A stretch of DNA of 63,478 nucleotides, filler included, from Fonticula-like sp. SCN 57-25 (taxonomy: Eukaryota), in the NCBI GenBank assembly GCA_001724245.1. It is 3 parts of 3 records of this genome, joined end to end, with 100 filler letters (N's around TTAATTAATTAA, not from the genome) between each part and the next. Parts side by side here need not be neighbours in the genome. Positions count along the whole stretch, not along the records: positions 21,329 to 44,958 come from MEDX01000085.1; 2 more parts are not named here. The stretch is one strand, 5' to 3'. The stretch's first letter is position 1. Every line of letters begins with the position of its first letter. The notes beneath the pieces are model-generated. The model had not been told where the DNA came from and made no database searches. It was given only the letters and a program-made list of their open reading frames with translations. Positions 29,801 through 42,093 of this stretch are shown here, in pieces. Made by a program: the position numbers and the translations under genes.

Positions 29801-30204
29801 CGGCTAAAGAGGCTTTTTTGTGCGCATTTCCTTATAGTATTGCTGGTATATCTTGTACAACACTCTTTAATACACCTTGTTGACCTTGAAAGTCATTAAG
29901 AAATTGAATAATATTATGAATAAGAAAATGGTCATACTTACGTCCATATGGGCCACGTGAAAGGCCTACATATCTTTATTTTTCTCTTTTCTTTCCTATT
30001 CAGACTGCTTCTTTTTCCCTTTCCATTCAATTATACACTACTTGTACCGTACTATAGAACATTCCGCATTGCGCCACACGAGACAAAACTTGCGTCAAAG
30101 TCACGTGACAATCATAAATATCACGTGATTTGTGATTTTTTTCCTTCTTTCCTTCGCTCGGTCTCCTGCGTGGTTGATCGTCCGATCGTTTTTGCGTCCC
30201 CGAC

Positions 30205-33200
30205 ATGTCTCAGTGGGAAGTCGTCGCGCCGCGCACGTACCTCCAGGAGGTGGCGGCCAACCCGCCGCCGGGCATGTACAGCATGCAGGCGACGCTCCCG
30301 CGCCTCCCCGTGCCCGATCTCGATGGCACCCTCGACAAGGTGCGCAGGCGGTTTTGCTCTCGGGATCACATGGGACATGAGGGGCAAATGTCAAAGTGTA
30401 TAGTGGAAAGTGTGGTCAAATAGTGGAATGAAAGTCAGGGAGGCATTTGGTCTATATTTAAGCCAAAAGTTGGTCGTGCTGTGCTTTGTGACTCGAGCCA
30501 ATGTGTTTCATCATGAGGCAGTGCGGGGATGGGGCGGCATGTCGCCCCGAATTGCACTCTAGTTTGCACTGCCCAATCTGCGTTCCACTCTGTGCCCAAT
30601 CTGAATTCGCATTCGTGTGTGTGTCTCTGATGATGATGCCATGTCCCGCGCCAATGCGGCGATTCCTTTTTCCATCGTGCCTAACATGCGTTTCCCGCAG
30701 TACCTCAAGAGCGTCGAGCCCGTCCTGACCCCCGAGGAGCTGGTCGCCACTCGCGCCGCCGTCGAAGAATTCCGCAAGCCCGATGGCATCGGCCGCCGCA
30801 CTCAGGAAAAGGTACGTGATTGATCCTCTGTTGGTGTGAAGATCTTTCTTCTCTGCTGCTGCATGTTCCCTTCTTCCTCTTGCTTCTGCTTGCTGATCCC
30901 CTTCTTTCCTCAGCTTCTTGCCCTTGAAGCGAGCCTCGCCCCCGCCGGCGAAAAGTCGTGGCTCGAGGACATTTGGCTCCAGTACGCGTACCACATCTGG
31001 CGCGATCCCATCGTGGTCACTTCCAACTGGTACTCTGTCTTTCGCGCCTCTCCCGCTGCTCTGTCGCACGATGTCAAGCAGGTGAGCCGTGCGACCGCCA
31101 TGGTGAGCAACATGGTGCAGTACAGGAACCTCGTCCTCAAGTACGTGGAAGAAGGGGAAGTGGAAGGGCAAGGAGAAGGGTAAAGGGAGATGAAGAGAAG
31201 AGGAAGGGTAAAGGGAGAGAAAAGGGCTATGGTAATATGGAAACATTACGGTAACAATACGGTAATGTGGTAATGATACAGTATTATGTCCATGTGGTAG
31301 TGATACTGTGTGCATACTGTGAGGTAAGGGTTACTATAGTAGTGGTAATAGTGGCAATAGTAAGGGTTACTGTAGTGAAATAGTGGTACTAGTAAGGGTT
31401 ACCGTAATGATGGTAGTAATAGTAAGGGTTACCGTATTATAGTAGTAATTGTAAGGGTTACTGTCATATGGTAATGGTTCCTGTAATATGGTAATGATAC
31501 TGTAATGACATGGTAACGATACCATGCCATCATACTACTACTACTACTAAATGTTCTACTACTACTACTACTACTACTACTACATGTTCTTTTCCTTCTT
31601 CTCCTTCTCCTTCTCCTTCTACTACTATCCTTCCACCCCCCCACTCACCCTTCTCCTCTAGGGAAGCCTCCCCCATTGACAAGGTGCGCGGCAAGCCCCT
31701 CTGCATGGACCAGTACTCCAAGATATTCGGCGTCACCCGCATCCCTGGCGAACACTGCGACTCTCTCCGCCACGTGGCCTTTAGTGAGTCACGTCATATT
31801 GTGGTGATGCGTCGTGATCAGATGTTTGCGATTGATGTGGTGGATGAGAGGGATGAGCCAATCGATGAGCTCATTCTGCAGGCGTACGTGAAGAAGTAGA
31901 AGTAGAAGGGGATAAGGGGGAATATGGGAAGATAAGGGGAGGGTTATGGTGGTTAAACTGAAAAAAGGAAGGGTTATTGTACATGTATTGGATGATGTGT
32001 AGGGTTATGGTAGTAGTAATGGTAATGGTAGTGGTGAATGAGTGTAATGGTAATGGTAATGGTAAAGATTACCGTATTGGTAATGGTATTGGTAATGGTA
32101 CCATGTTGTCATGTTGGTATTATACATGTCATGATGGTGTACTACTACCAGTATGGTACATGTACCATACTGGTAGTGTGTATGAGTACAAGTGTATGTG
32201 TATGAGTATGATTATGTGTATGAGTGTATTAGTATGTGTATATTACTCTTTTCTCTCTATTCTCTCTATTCTCTCTCTATTCCCTTCTCCTTCTCTTTCC
32301 CCTCCCACTCACCCACTTCTCCCCTCTCAGTCAATTAGAGTATGTGATGACCTCGACCGACTATGCCTGCGACCAACCCCCCATTCCCATCCTCACTGGC
32401 GAACAGAGGACCACGTGGTGGCGTGCACGTGAGGCCATTCGTACGCTCAGTGAGAGGAATGCTGGCAATCTGGATGTGATTGAGAGGGCGATGTTTGCGG
32501 TGGCATTGGATGATGCAAGTCCGTCTACGCGTGAAGAGGTATGAAGGGAGAAGGGGGGGGGTAAGGGGAAGGGGGGGGTGGAAGGAGAGAAAAAGGGACG
32601 AAAGAGAAGAAAAGAGAAGAAATGGGACAAAAGAGGGAAAAGAGGGAAAGTATAGTATTGTGTAGTATAGTATAGTATATGGTGTAGTATATGGTATAGT
32701 GTATAGTATAGTACATGGTATAGTAGTATGGTGTAGTATAGTATGGAACGTTGTATAGTATAGTATAGTATATGGTATAGTGTATGGTGTAGATAGTATA
32801 TGGTGTAGTATACTACACAGTATACTGTGTAGTATACTGTATGGTGTATGTGTGTAGTGTATGTGTGAATCGTATAATCATATGATCACGTGATCATATG
32901 AACACCCTTCATACATCATTCACTCATCCATCATATACTAACCCTTCCCTTCTTCCTCTTCTCCTTCTCCTTCTCCTCTACTAGATGGCCCGACTTCTCT
33001 TCCACAACTACTCTGGCCGCAACCGCTTCTACGACAAATCCTTCACCCTTGTCTTTTTCGCCAATGGCTGGTCAGGCATTAATGCCGAACATTCCCCTAT
33101 TGACGCACCCTCATTGGCACATGGTGGGGCACTGTTTGTGTCGTATATGGAGAGTGTGGCGCAGTATGTGAGGCTGCATGCGAGTGCTGGGAAGGGGGAG

Positions 33201-35326
33201 AGGCCGCGAGGAGTTGGTGTGCCGAAGAAGTTGGTTTGGGATGTGGATGAAGTGATTTCGGAGGTATGGAAGGAATGGGGTGGGGTAGGGGAAGAGAAGG
33301 GTAGTAGTAGTAGTATGTAGTATGTGGTAGTAGTAGTAGATGAACATGTATGTTATCACAAGTACTATGTACTTGTAGTAGTATGATAGACAGTATGTTG
33401 TCACAAGTACGTATGTACTTGTGGTAGTACAAGTAGAAAGTATGTTATCACAAGTACTGTGTACTTGTGGTAGTAGTACAATAACACATGTGTAGTGTAT
33501 TAGTACAAGTACATGAAATGTACTTGTAGTACTCTGTAGTATAGTGTGTATTGTATTGTATAGTGTATATTGTGTGTATATTGTAGTGTGTATGGTATGT
33601 ATAGTACTATAGTGTGTATAGTAGTAGTACTGTATGTACTCTATGTGTAGTACTATACTATACTATGGTGTGTATGGTCACTTTTGTTCTGTATGTCATT
33701 ATTCCTAACCACGTGGCCACATTCTTCCTCTTCTCTCTAATCACGTGACATAGGCTATTGCGAAGGCCCTCGTCAACGTGGCCGCGTTCATCGCCCCCTA
33801 CCAGCTCAACGTCCTCGAGTTCACCGACTATGGCTTTGAGGAAATCCGAAAGAGTGCGTCACGTGACACTGTCCACGTGGTTATACTCATCACGTGACAC
33901 AGTCAAGGTCAGTCCCGATGCGTTTGTCCAGATGGCCATCCAGCTGGCCTACTACAAGGCGCACGGCAAGTGCGTGCCGACCTATGAGGTGCGCAGTCAT
34001 CATTTGTCATTGTTATTAGTCACGTGATACTGATCATGTGATTTTGGTCACGTGATTAGTCTGCCCAAACGCGCATGTTCTTTCACGGTCGGACGGAGAA
34101 TGTGCGCACGTTGTCGAATGAGACTGTGGAGTTTGTAAAGACAATGGAGGACAAGGCGGCGGACGTACGAGAAGGAAAGGGGGGGTAAGGGGGGGTAAGG
34201 GAGAAGGGGGAGAGAGAGTAAAGGGAAAGAGAAGGAAAAGGAAGGAAGATGGAATGAATGTATGAGTGATTGATTCCCAATGTGTATATGGGCATGATGC
34301 ATGTGTGCATTACCCATATGCGCATATGGGCATGATGAATGTATGGGATTGTATGTGTGTGTATGATACATGTATGAGTATGATACATGTATGGTCCATT
34401 GCCCATATGGAGTGTATGTGTGTATGTGTATGATTCATGAGTATGATACATGTATGAGTATGATGTATGGTTCAATTACCCATATGCGCATATGGGCATG
34501 ACATACTACCCTTCTTATTCCTTCTATTCCCCTCTATTCATTACTTATCTAATGTCTATTATTAGAATGACACCAAGCTCGCCGCCCTCACCCGCGCAGT
34601 CAACGGCCACGTGGCCTACATGGTCGACTCCTCCACCGGCAAAGGCGCCGATCGCCACCTTCTCGCCCTCCGCGTTCTCATTGGCCAGTCTGGCGAGCAG
34701 CAGCCAATCATATTCACGGACCCGGCCTTTAGCAAGTCGATGCACTTTCAGCTGTCTACTAGCAACTTGACGCCTGCGCCAGAGTTCTTTGGTGGATATG
34801 GGCCCATGTATAATGATGGATATGGCGTGTGCTACGCGCTCAGGCCTTATGGGGTACGCAAAGAAGAGAAAAGGGAAATGATCTTGTGGTGATCGTGTGG
34901 TGATCGTGAAGATCATGAGGGTGAACGTGAATTGGGATTGGGTAAAGTGAATTCAAATTGGGTAAAGTGAAAGTAAATTGGGTAAAGTGAAAGTGAATTG
35001 GGTAAAGAGTGAATTTAAATTGGGAATGGGATTGATACCATATGATCACGTGATCATATGGTAGTGTGTTTGTCTATTTGGAGTCCATATTGGTCACTAT
35101 TTAGTATCTATTGATCATATTTACAATCTATTTGAATATCTATTATCTATTCATTGTTGTGTCTATTATGCTCTTCTTCAATGTGACTAATCACGTGACG
35201 TAGCTTTGGTTTAGCGTGACTGCGCACGGCAGCTGCCCTACCACTTCTGCCCCTCTTTTGATTGAGGCACTCAAGAGCAGCCTGGCCGACATTCGCGCGC
35301 TTTTTGTGCAAAAGAGCCAGCTGTAA
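30205..35326 (+). CDS. Carnitine O-acyltransferase with C-terminal PTS1-like SQL
   Basis: LPRLPVPDL, SWLEDIWLQYAY, PLCMDQY, NRFYDKS, catalytic NAEHSPID, SPDAFVQMAIQLAYY, FHGRTE, GKGADRHL, LSTS, GYGVCY; about 11 exons with long repeat-rich introns; ends QKSQL-stop. Confidence 0.9.
31141..35203 (+). repeat. Low-complexity and palindrome-filled expanded introns
   Basis: GA-rich, (GTA)n, (TAC)n, (TATAG)n and CT-rich tracts; perfect palindromes at 32144-32177, 32878-32901, 34313-34330, 34479-34496, 35036-35063. Confidence 0.9.
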
Positions 35327-36019
35327 GGCGGGAAATGTGGCGGGAAATGAGACAAGAAATGGCGCGAAATGAGACAAGAAAAGAAAAGAATAGAATAGAA
35401 AAGAAAAGAAAATTATATCAAAAGAGATATCAGATATGACAAAGATCAATAAAGACGCCTTCTTGCTAATAATTGATATGACGTATCACATATATCATAC
35501 ATGTCATAAAGGGATACTATATGGTGGCATGTGATACATAGAGGTGTGTATATATTGTATGTATGATGTCATATATGACATGAGAGTGATGGCATGTATG
35601 GGACATTCCAATGGAATGGCGTGCAGCATTCCTGTGAAGAAGTGCCATTTAGAGAAGAAATAATGGGACTTGTACCATTTAAATATGTGAATTGGGCATT
35701 GATGTACATGCGTGTGGCAGGCGTGTGAGTAATTACTCTTTATTATGAAGTTTTGATGTCCTTTTTTGGGTGGCGGGAATGGGCAAAAATGGCACTTTTT
35801 TGTCACTTTTCTCAATTACAAGTAAAAATAATGCATCATTCTTATCCAATTCTTGTTCGCCATAATGTGATGCATCTATCGGTACCATTTTCTTATTCAT
35901 TTACTCTTCTTTTGGCCATTTTACACATTCCATGTCCATTCCTCACTCTCTGATTGGTCAGAATCGATGACGTCAAATTTACAAATCACACATTTCCTTC
36001 CTTGTTGTGCCTACCCGCC

Positions 36020-38684
36020 ATGGACGACAATCCGTTTGGAGATCCGACGCCGGTCGCCCCCAAAGCCGCTGCGCCGGCCACCCCGCCGCCCGCCGCCAAG
36101 GCACCCACCGACCCCGACGCGCCGCTGCTCCCGCTGATCACAAAGATCCGCGAGATTGTCAAGACGACCGATGACAAGTTTGGAGGCGCGCAGCTTCGCC
36201 CTCTCCTGATGAAGAGCGGGATCCCCGTCGATCAGCTCAAGCAGGTGTGGGCGCTCGCCGACGTCAACAAGCGCGGCTCCCTCGACCTTGCCGAGCTCAA
36301 GCTCGCGCTGCGCCTCATTGCGCTCGCGCAGGACGGCCGCGCCATCGACCCCCAGGCCGCCGCCGCGTCACGTGACCTTGTGCCGCACTTTCCGTCGCTC
36401 GATGCGCTCGCTGCATCGGCCGCGGCTGGCGGCAGCGCCCCCGCCACCAACAACCGCACGAGCGTCATTTCCTCGTCCTCCTCTCCCGCCGGCCCCGCGC
36501 CGTCATCGTCGACATCGTCGCTCGCATCGCCGGCATCCCCCACGACGCATCGCAACTCGCTCGAGGTGCTCGAGAGCTTCCAGGAACTGCTCGATCGCGA
36601 GCACGTGACTGTGACTGTCGCCGAAAAGGGCACTGGAATGTTCTCTACGACCTTTTACACTGTCGTGTCACGTGCGCACGGGTCGACGGTGACGCGGCGG
36701 TACTCGGACTTTGACTGGCTGCACGAGGTGCTTCTCAAGCGGTATCCGTTCAGGCTCATCCCGGAGATGCCGGGCAAGAAGCTCATCAACAAGGGTGCGA
36801 CAGTGGTGTGGAAGAGTGGGAAGTGTGGGCAAGAGTGGGCATGGCGCATCGTGGGATCATGTGGGGATCATCAGCATCATGTCTCATGTCTCATGTCTCA
36901 TGTCCATGATCATGATCATGATCATGAAGATGTGAAACTCAATGTGCAATATGCAAACTGGCTGTGCAATGAGCAAAAGTATGCTTTTGTGTCGTACTGC
37001 AATGTGCAAACTCCCTTATATGTTACATGTTCAACCTATCTCTGATATATCACTGTACTTGTCTCTGTCTATGTGTGTGTGTGTTCGTGATGATTGAACC
37101 AGTATCTGCAAACTGAACCACCCGCAAACTGCAAACTGACCCAATTTCCCTTTCGCTTCCCATAGAGGATGACGCGTTTGTTGAGCAGCGCCGCCGCGGC
37201 CTCGTCCGCTTCCTCGAGTTCGCCGGCCGCCACCCCGTCCTCCGCAACGACGAGACCGTCATCACATTCCTACGCGAAGAAAACACCGACACCTTTGCCG
37301 CCTTTAAAAAGCACAAGTCATCTCAGGCGATCGAGGAATTTACGTTCAACCCGATCGGCCTGACATCCAAGGAGCACACGCCGACGGATGCGGATGAGGC
37401 GCTGAGAATCGCGAGGGACAAGTTGCCGGCATTGGTCATGACGCTGGGAAAGTATATTGAGACTGTTGATGCGGTGGTCAAGAGGCTGCAGAGTGCGTGG
37501 GAAGGGGCGTGGGAATAGGAGGGAAGTAGGGAAAAGAATAGGAAAAGTGTGTCTGGGGTGGAATCAGGGGTGGAAGAGTGTCATGGAATACACAGTGGGA
37601 GAGGAGTAATACTATGTTGAGTGGGATAACACTCATTGGCCACGTGGACGTATGTACTGACGTGATCGTTTTTTTTCTTAGCGGATGCGGCCGACTTTAT
37701 GAAGATGGCACAGATGCAGCAGTACGCACACTGATATTGCGTGTATCGTGACAGTAAAGATTACCGTAACGATACATGAATGACGTAATGATACTAATCA
37801 CGTGACATTTAGGCTGTTTATTGAGTCCGAGTATCCGCCCACGTGGGTGTCGTCGTCGAGCGCGCCCAAGCAGCTCCTCAGCCGCTTTGAGGAATATGCA
37901 AAGCTGCATGCCACTCTGGTACGTACCATATTGGCCACGTGGTTATATCGATCACGTGGGAATATTCACGTGATAACATGACTGACCACGTGGCTTTGTA
38001 GGCGACTGGCGGGATGGACTCTTTGGTCGAGTCTCTTCGCCACCACCTGACCGTCATCCTCGCCTTCCAGGTACGCATCACGTGATTTGAGTAAAGGGAT
38101 GACAATGGCATGTATGTTTTGTGTCACGTGTTCAGTATGGTGCATTTATCACGTGGCCATTTGATATATTTTTTTGTTTGTCCTTGAGCAAGTATTGGTA
38201 CCATGGCGTAGTGTGATCTACCGTACACGTGACAAAATATTCATTTTCTCACGTGACACACATTACCTTCCATCTCACGTGACCAAATTACTTACCATCT
38301 CACGTGACCATATAATAGGAACTTTTGCTTCGCCGTCAGCAAACCACCCAAAAAGAGGTCGTCACGTACAACCGCCGCGTGGTCGCGAGCAAGCAGCGCC
38401 TTTCCCAATTGGCCGCCGCCGGCAAATCAGGACGCGCCCTCGAGATCGTCCAAGAAGAGATCGATCGTGATGAACGTGAGGCGCAACTTATCCAAAAGCG
38501 GGATGAATTTGCGACTTTCTGCCTATGGAAAGAGCTGCAGTTTTTCAACCACTTGAAGGCGTACTTTTCGATTAATGTGCTTGAGCTGGTGAGGGTCAGA
38601 TTGCAGTTTGCAGAGGGGCAGGTGGCGCTGTTGAGGCAGATGAAGCCGCTCGCGGCGGACCTGCCCACAAGTGGGTTTTATTAG
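36020..38684 (+). CDS. SNX8: Sorting nexin SNX8/Mvp1-like: EH-like domain, PX and BAR
   Basis: EH-like ([36 protein letters not shown]), PX ([48 protein letters not shown]), BAR end ([15 protein letters not shown]). Confidence 0.82.
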
Positions 38685-39628
38685 GCCACGTGGAGCATAT
38701 CATATCATATCATGTATGGCACAGCCAGTCAGCCGCAGGGCAATATACTTCATTCCAGTAATTGTGAATAGTAGGGATAGGGGTGGGTCACGTGGGAGGG
38801 GAAAAGAGGAAAAAGGGTTTTGATTATGGTCACGTGGGAAGTATTTGTACGTACATGAGTTGTCCACGTGGGTATTACAGTTGAGTGTGTATCATAATTA
38901 TCTATGTTATGGGTGTGTGGACAAGTACTACTTGCCCTAGATAGGCTGCGATTGAGCACATTGATATTCTGTCCACGTGACCATATTCCTTTCCCAATGT
39001 CCACGTGACACAAAAGCAGAGTTTCCATGCTTTATTTATAGATATTATGGAGATTACTCGTATGAACAAAAGGATGCACTTCAAAAAGAAATCGGTACTC
39101 GCAAGCAACGCACAAATAGATAGATAGAAACCGGGGTGGCCTATTACCGCCCCCCTGAACACGTATATCATAATCAGATGGAAGAAGAGAAGAGCAGAAT
39201 CGATCTCGAAAAGAGGACACAAAAAAACCCGTCTGGAAAGCAATAGAGAAGAAAAGCCAAAATAGCCACTGACGACACGTGGCCGTGAACCTTGAAAACA
39301 TGACTCATGCTGATGACCATGTATAGCGCGCACTCGATATTTCCCGCGCAATTACCGTACAACTCTCCAAACGACCCATGCTGCGTTGCAATAAACCCGA
39401 CACTATGGCACTACAGAGGCAGCAATACGGCGAAAAACATGAAATTACCGTCATATTACGGTCATTACCATGCCATTACCATGTCATTACCATCACCGAT
39501 AATAGCGGATAACCACCGACCATTACCGTAATTACCATGAAATAACCACAATTTTCTTCTCTTTTCCTCTTTTCCTCTTCTTCTCCTCCTCCTCTTCCCC
39601 TTCACTTTTCCCGCCATATTCCCCCCTC

Positions 39629-42093
39629 TCACAGCTTGAGCTGCTTGAGGAAATGCTCTGCGACGATCTTGTACGCGTGCGACGCGCCCGACACCCTCCC
39701 TATCTTTAGCCCGTGCAGCCTCAGCAGCGGCACGTAACAGATCTCGAGCTCAAACTCGACGACGCCCGGCTTGATGACCGACACACAAAAGGGGCTCGTC
39801 TGCTTGGCGGTCATGCTGAGCACGCCGGCGACAATAAAAATGCGCTCCAGAATCTCGTCGGGCTTGCGCGTCGTCGTATTGGACGTCGAAAGGGGCAGCT
39901 TGATCGTGCGCGGCTTGCTGTGCTGAGGGGTCAGCGGGGCGGCAGTCGACGTGGTGGGCGACGCGGGGGTCGCCGCATCAAAGGACGACCGCGTGTGCGC
40001 CGGGACTTCCACCGACAATCTCTGATTATGCGAGGCCGCGTTGCCGTCAATGGACACGCGCGGCGATGGCGGCGGCGAATTCTGAGCAGACTCGTCGCCG
40101 ACGCCGCGGCCGCGCAAAGTCTTGAGGACAGGGCCGGGCTCGGCGGAGCGCCGCGTGCGGCTGATGGCGGCGCTGCGGCTCGACTCGTGCGACGGGACAG
40201 ACAAGTGCGGCGGCTGAATGGCCGAAATGGACGGCGAGACGGAGCCGTCCAGGGACGCGCGCGGCGAGGTGGGCGCGCTCGCAAGGCCGGCGGCGGCGGC
40301 AGCGGAAACGGTGTTGGTGACGGCGGCGCTGCGGCGGCGCGAAAAGGAGCCGCCGGCGGCGCTCCCGGCGGCGAACGAGATTGGCGGGGGGGCGACGGCC
40401 GCGTTCGAGCGGCGGCCGGCGTGCGGCGAAAGGAGCGGCGGCAGCGGCTCAGTGTGCGTCGCGGCGCCGGCAGCGCGCGCGCCAATCGTGTAGCTGCGCC
40501 GCCTCCGCCGCTCGGTGCGCTCCGAGTCGGCGACCGCGGCAACAGCGCGCGGCAGCGGCGGCGTCGGGCCGGTCGCGACCGCCACCGTCATCGGCACGGG
40601 CGAAAGCGACGGCGGCGGACCGCGGTCGGCCGAAAGGCGGTGCGGCGCGGGCGTCGCGACCGTCGCAATCTCGTCAGACATGTTTTCATCTTCTTCCGCG
40701 GTCGTCGGCGTCGTCGTCGAGACCGTCGGCGGCGCGCTGTTGGGCTCGCTGATGATGAGCTGCGGCGGGCGGCGGCCGCGCTGGTCGCGAACGAGCGTGC
40801 GGTAGATCGAGTAGATGCCGTCGTATGCTTCATTGCGGACGGAAGCATAGATTTCTTCGCGCTCGAGCTTGTACTTTTTAATCATCATGGTGACAACATT
40901 CTCGTCAATGTCGGCGGGGGGGGCAGTGGCGGCGGCGGGCGCGGCGGTGACAGGGGCGGGCGACGAGACCGACGACGAAGGCGCGGTCACGGCCGTCGGC
41001 GACACCAAAGGCGCCGTTGCGGTGCTTCCAATCGACGTTCCCGACGACTCTGTCGACGCAGTCGCCGTGCTGACGGTCGGCGTCGGCGCAGCAGAAGTTG
41101 GCGTCGACACGCCGCTCGTGACACTAATGCCGCTGCCGACACTGATGCCGCTGCCGACGCTGAGGCCGCTGTGGACGCTCGACGACATTTTCAGGGGCGC
41201 CTGCGGTGCCGGCGGGTGGATAAAGTCGGCGATGTTGCCGTCCTCGTTGAGCCACGGGTCGTCGAGGAGCAGGTCGATGCTTGCACGCGACGCCGGGTTG
41301 ACCGAAATCATCTTGTTGAGGAGGCGCTGGAGCTTTGACGAGACGAAAAAGGGGACGGAAAAGTGTCCGCGGCAGACGAGCTGCTTCATGTCGTGAAAGT
41401 TTTTGCCGTCAAAGGGGAGGCTCGAGGTCGTCATCATGAAGAGGATGACGCCCATGGACCAGATGTCGACTTCGGGGCCGACGTACGCGATGCCCTTGAA
41501 GAGCTCGGGCGCGGCGTACGGCGGCGAGCCGCAGAACGTGTCCAGCACGTTGCGCGGGTCGTACTGGTTGCTAAAGCCAAAGTCGGCGACCTTGAGCTGG
41601 TGGTCGCCGCTCAAGAGCAGGTTCTCGGCCTTGAGGTCGCGGTGGATAATGTACTTGTCGTGGCAGTACTTGACGGCAGAGAGCAGCTGAAGAAACTTTT
41701 GGCGGGCCTCGCGCTCCTTCATGCGGCCGTGGATGATCAAATAGTCGTACAGCTCGCCGCCGGCCGCGAAATCCATGACGAGGTAGAGATGGTTCGTCGA
41801 CTCGAGCACTTCAAAGAGGCGCACAATGTTCTTGTGGTTCAGTTGCTTCATGATGCGGACCTCGCGATGGAGTTTGCTCAGCGTCTTGGCATCAAGCTGC
41901 GTCTTGTCAATGATCTTGATCGCGAGCTGAGGCGGCGAAAAATAGCGTCAGCAATCGAAATAGACATTAAAGCAAAGATCTATGGGAAGCGCACCTCGAC
42001 GCCGGTCTGGCGATGCCGCCCGAGCTTTACCTGGGCAAAATTGCCCGCGCCGAGCGTGCGCAGAAAAGTGTAGTTTCCGATTCCCTCGGACAT
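39629..42093 (-). CDS. MARK/Par-1/Kin1 family Ser/Thr kinase with UBA-like and KA1 domains
   Basis: [56 protein letters not shown]-terminal [20 protein letters not shown]; one intron near 41927-41993. Confidence 0.92.

Noticed and set aside
33345-33530. CRISPR-like repeated hairpins
   Set aside because: Degenerate tandem units in a eukaryotic intron, without unique spacers or cas genes.
39713-41338. 541-aa plus-strand ORF
   Set aside because: Antisense shadow of the GC-rich MARK kinase CDS; Arg/Gly-rich with no domain.
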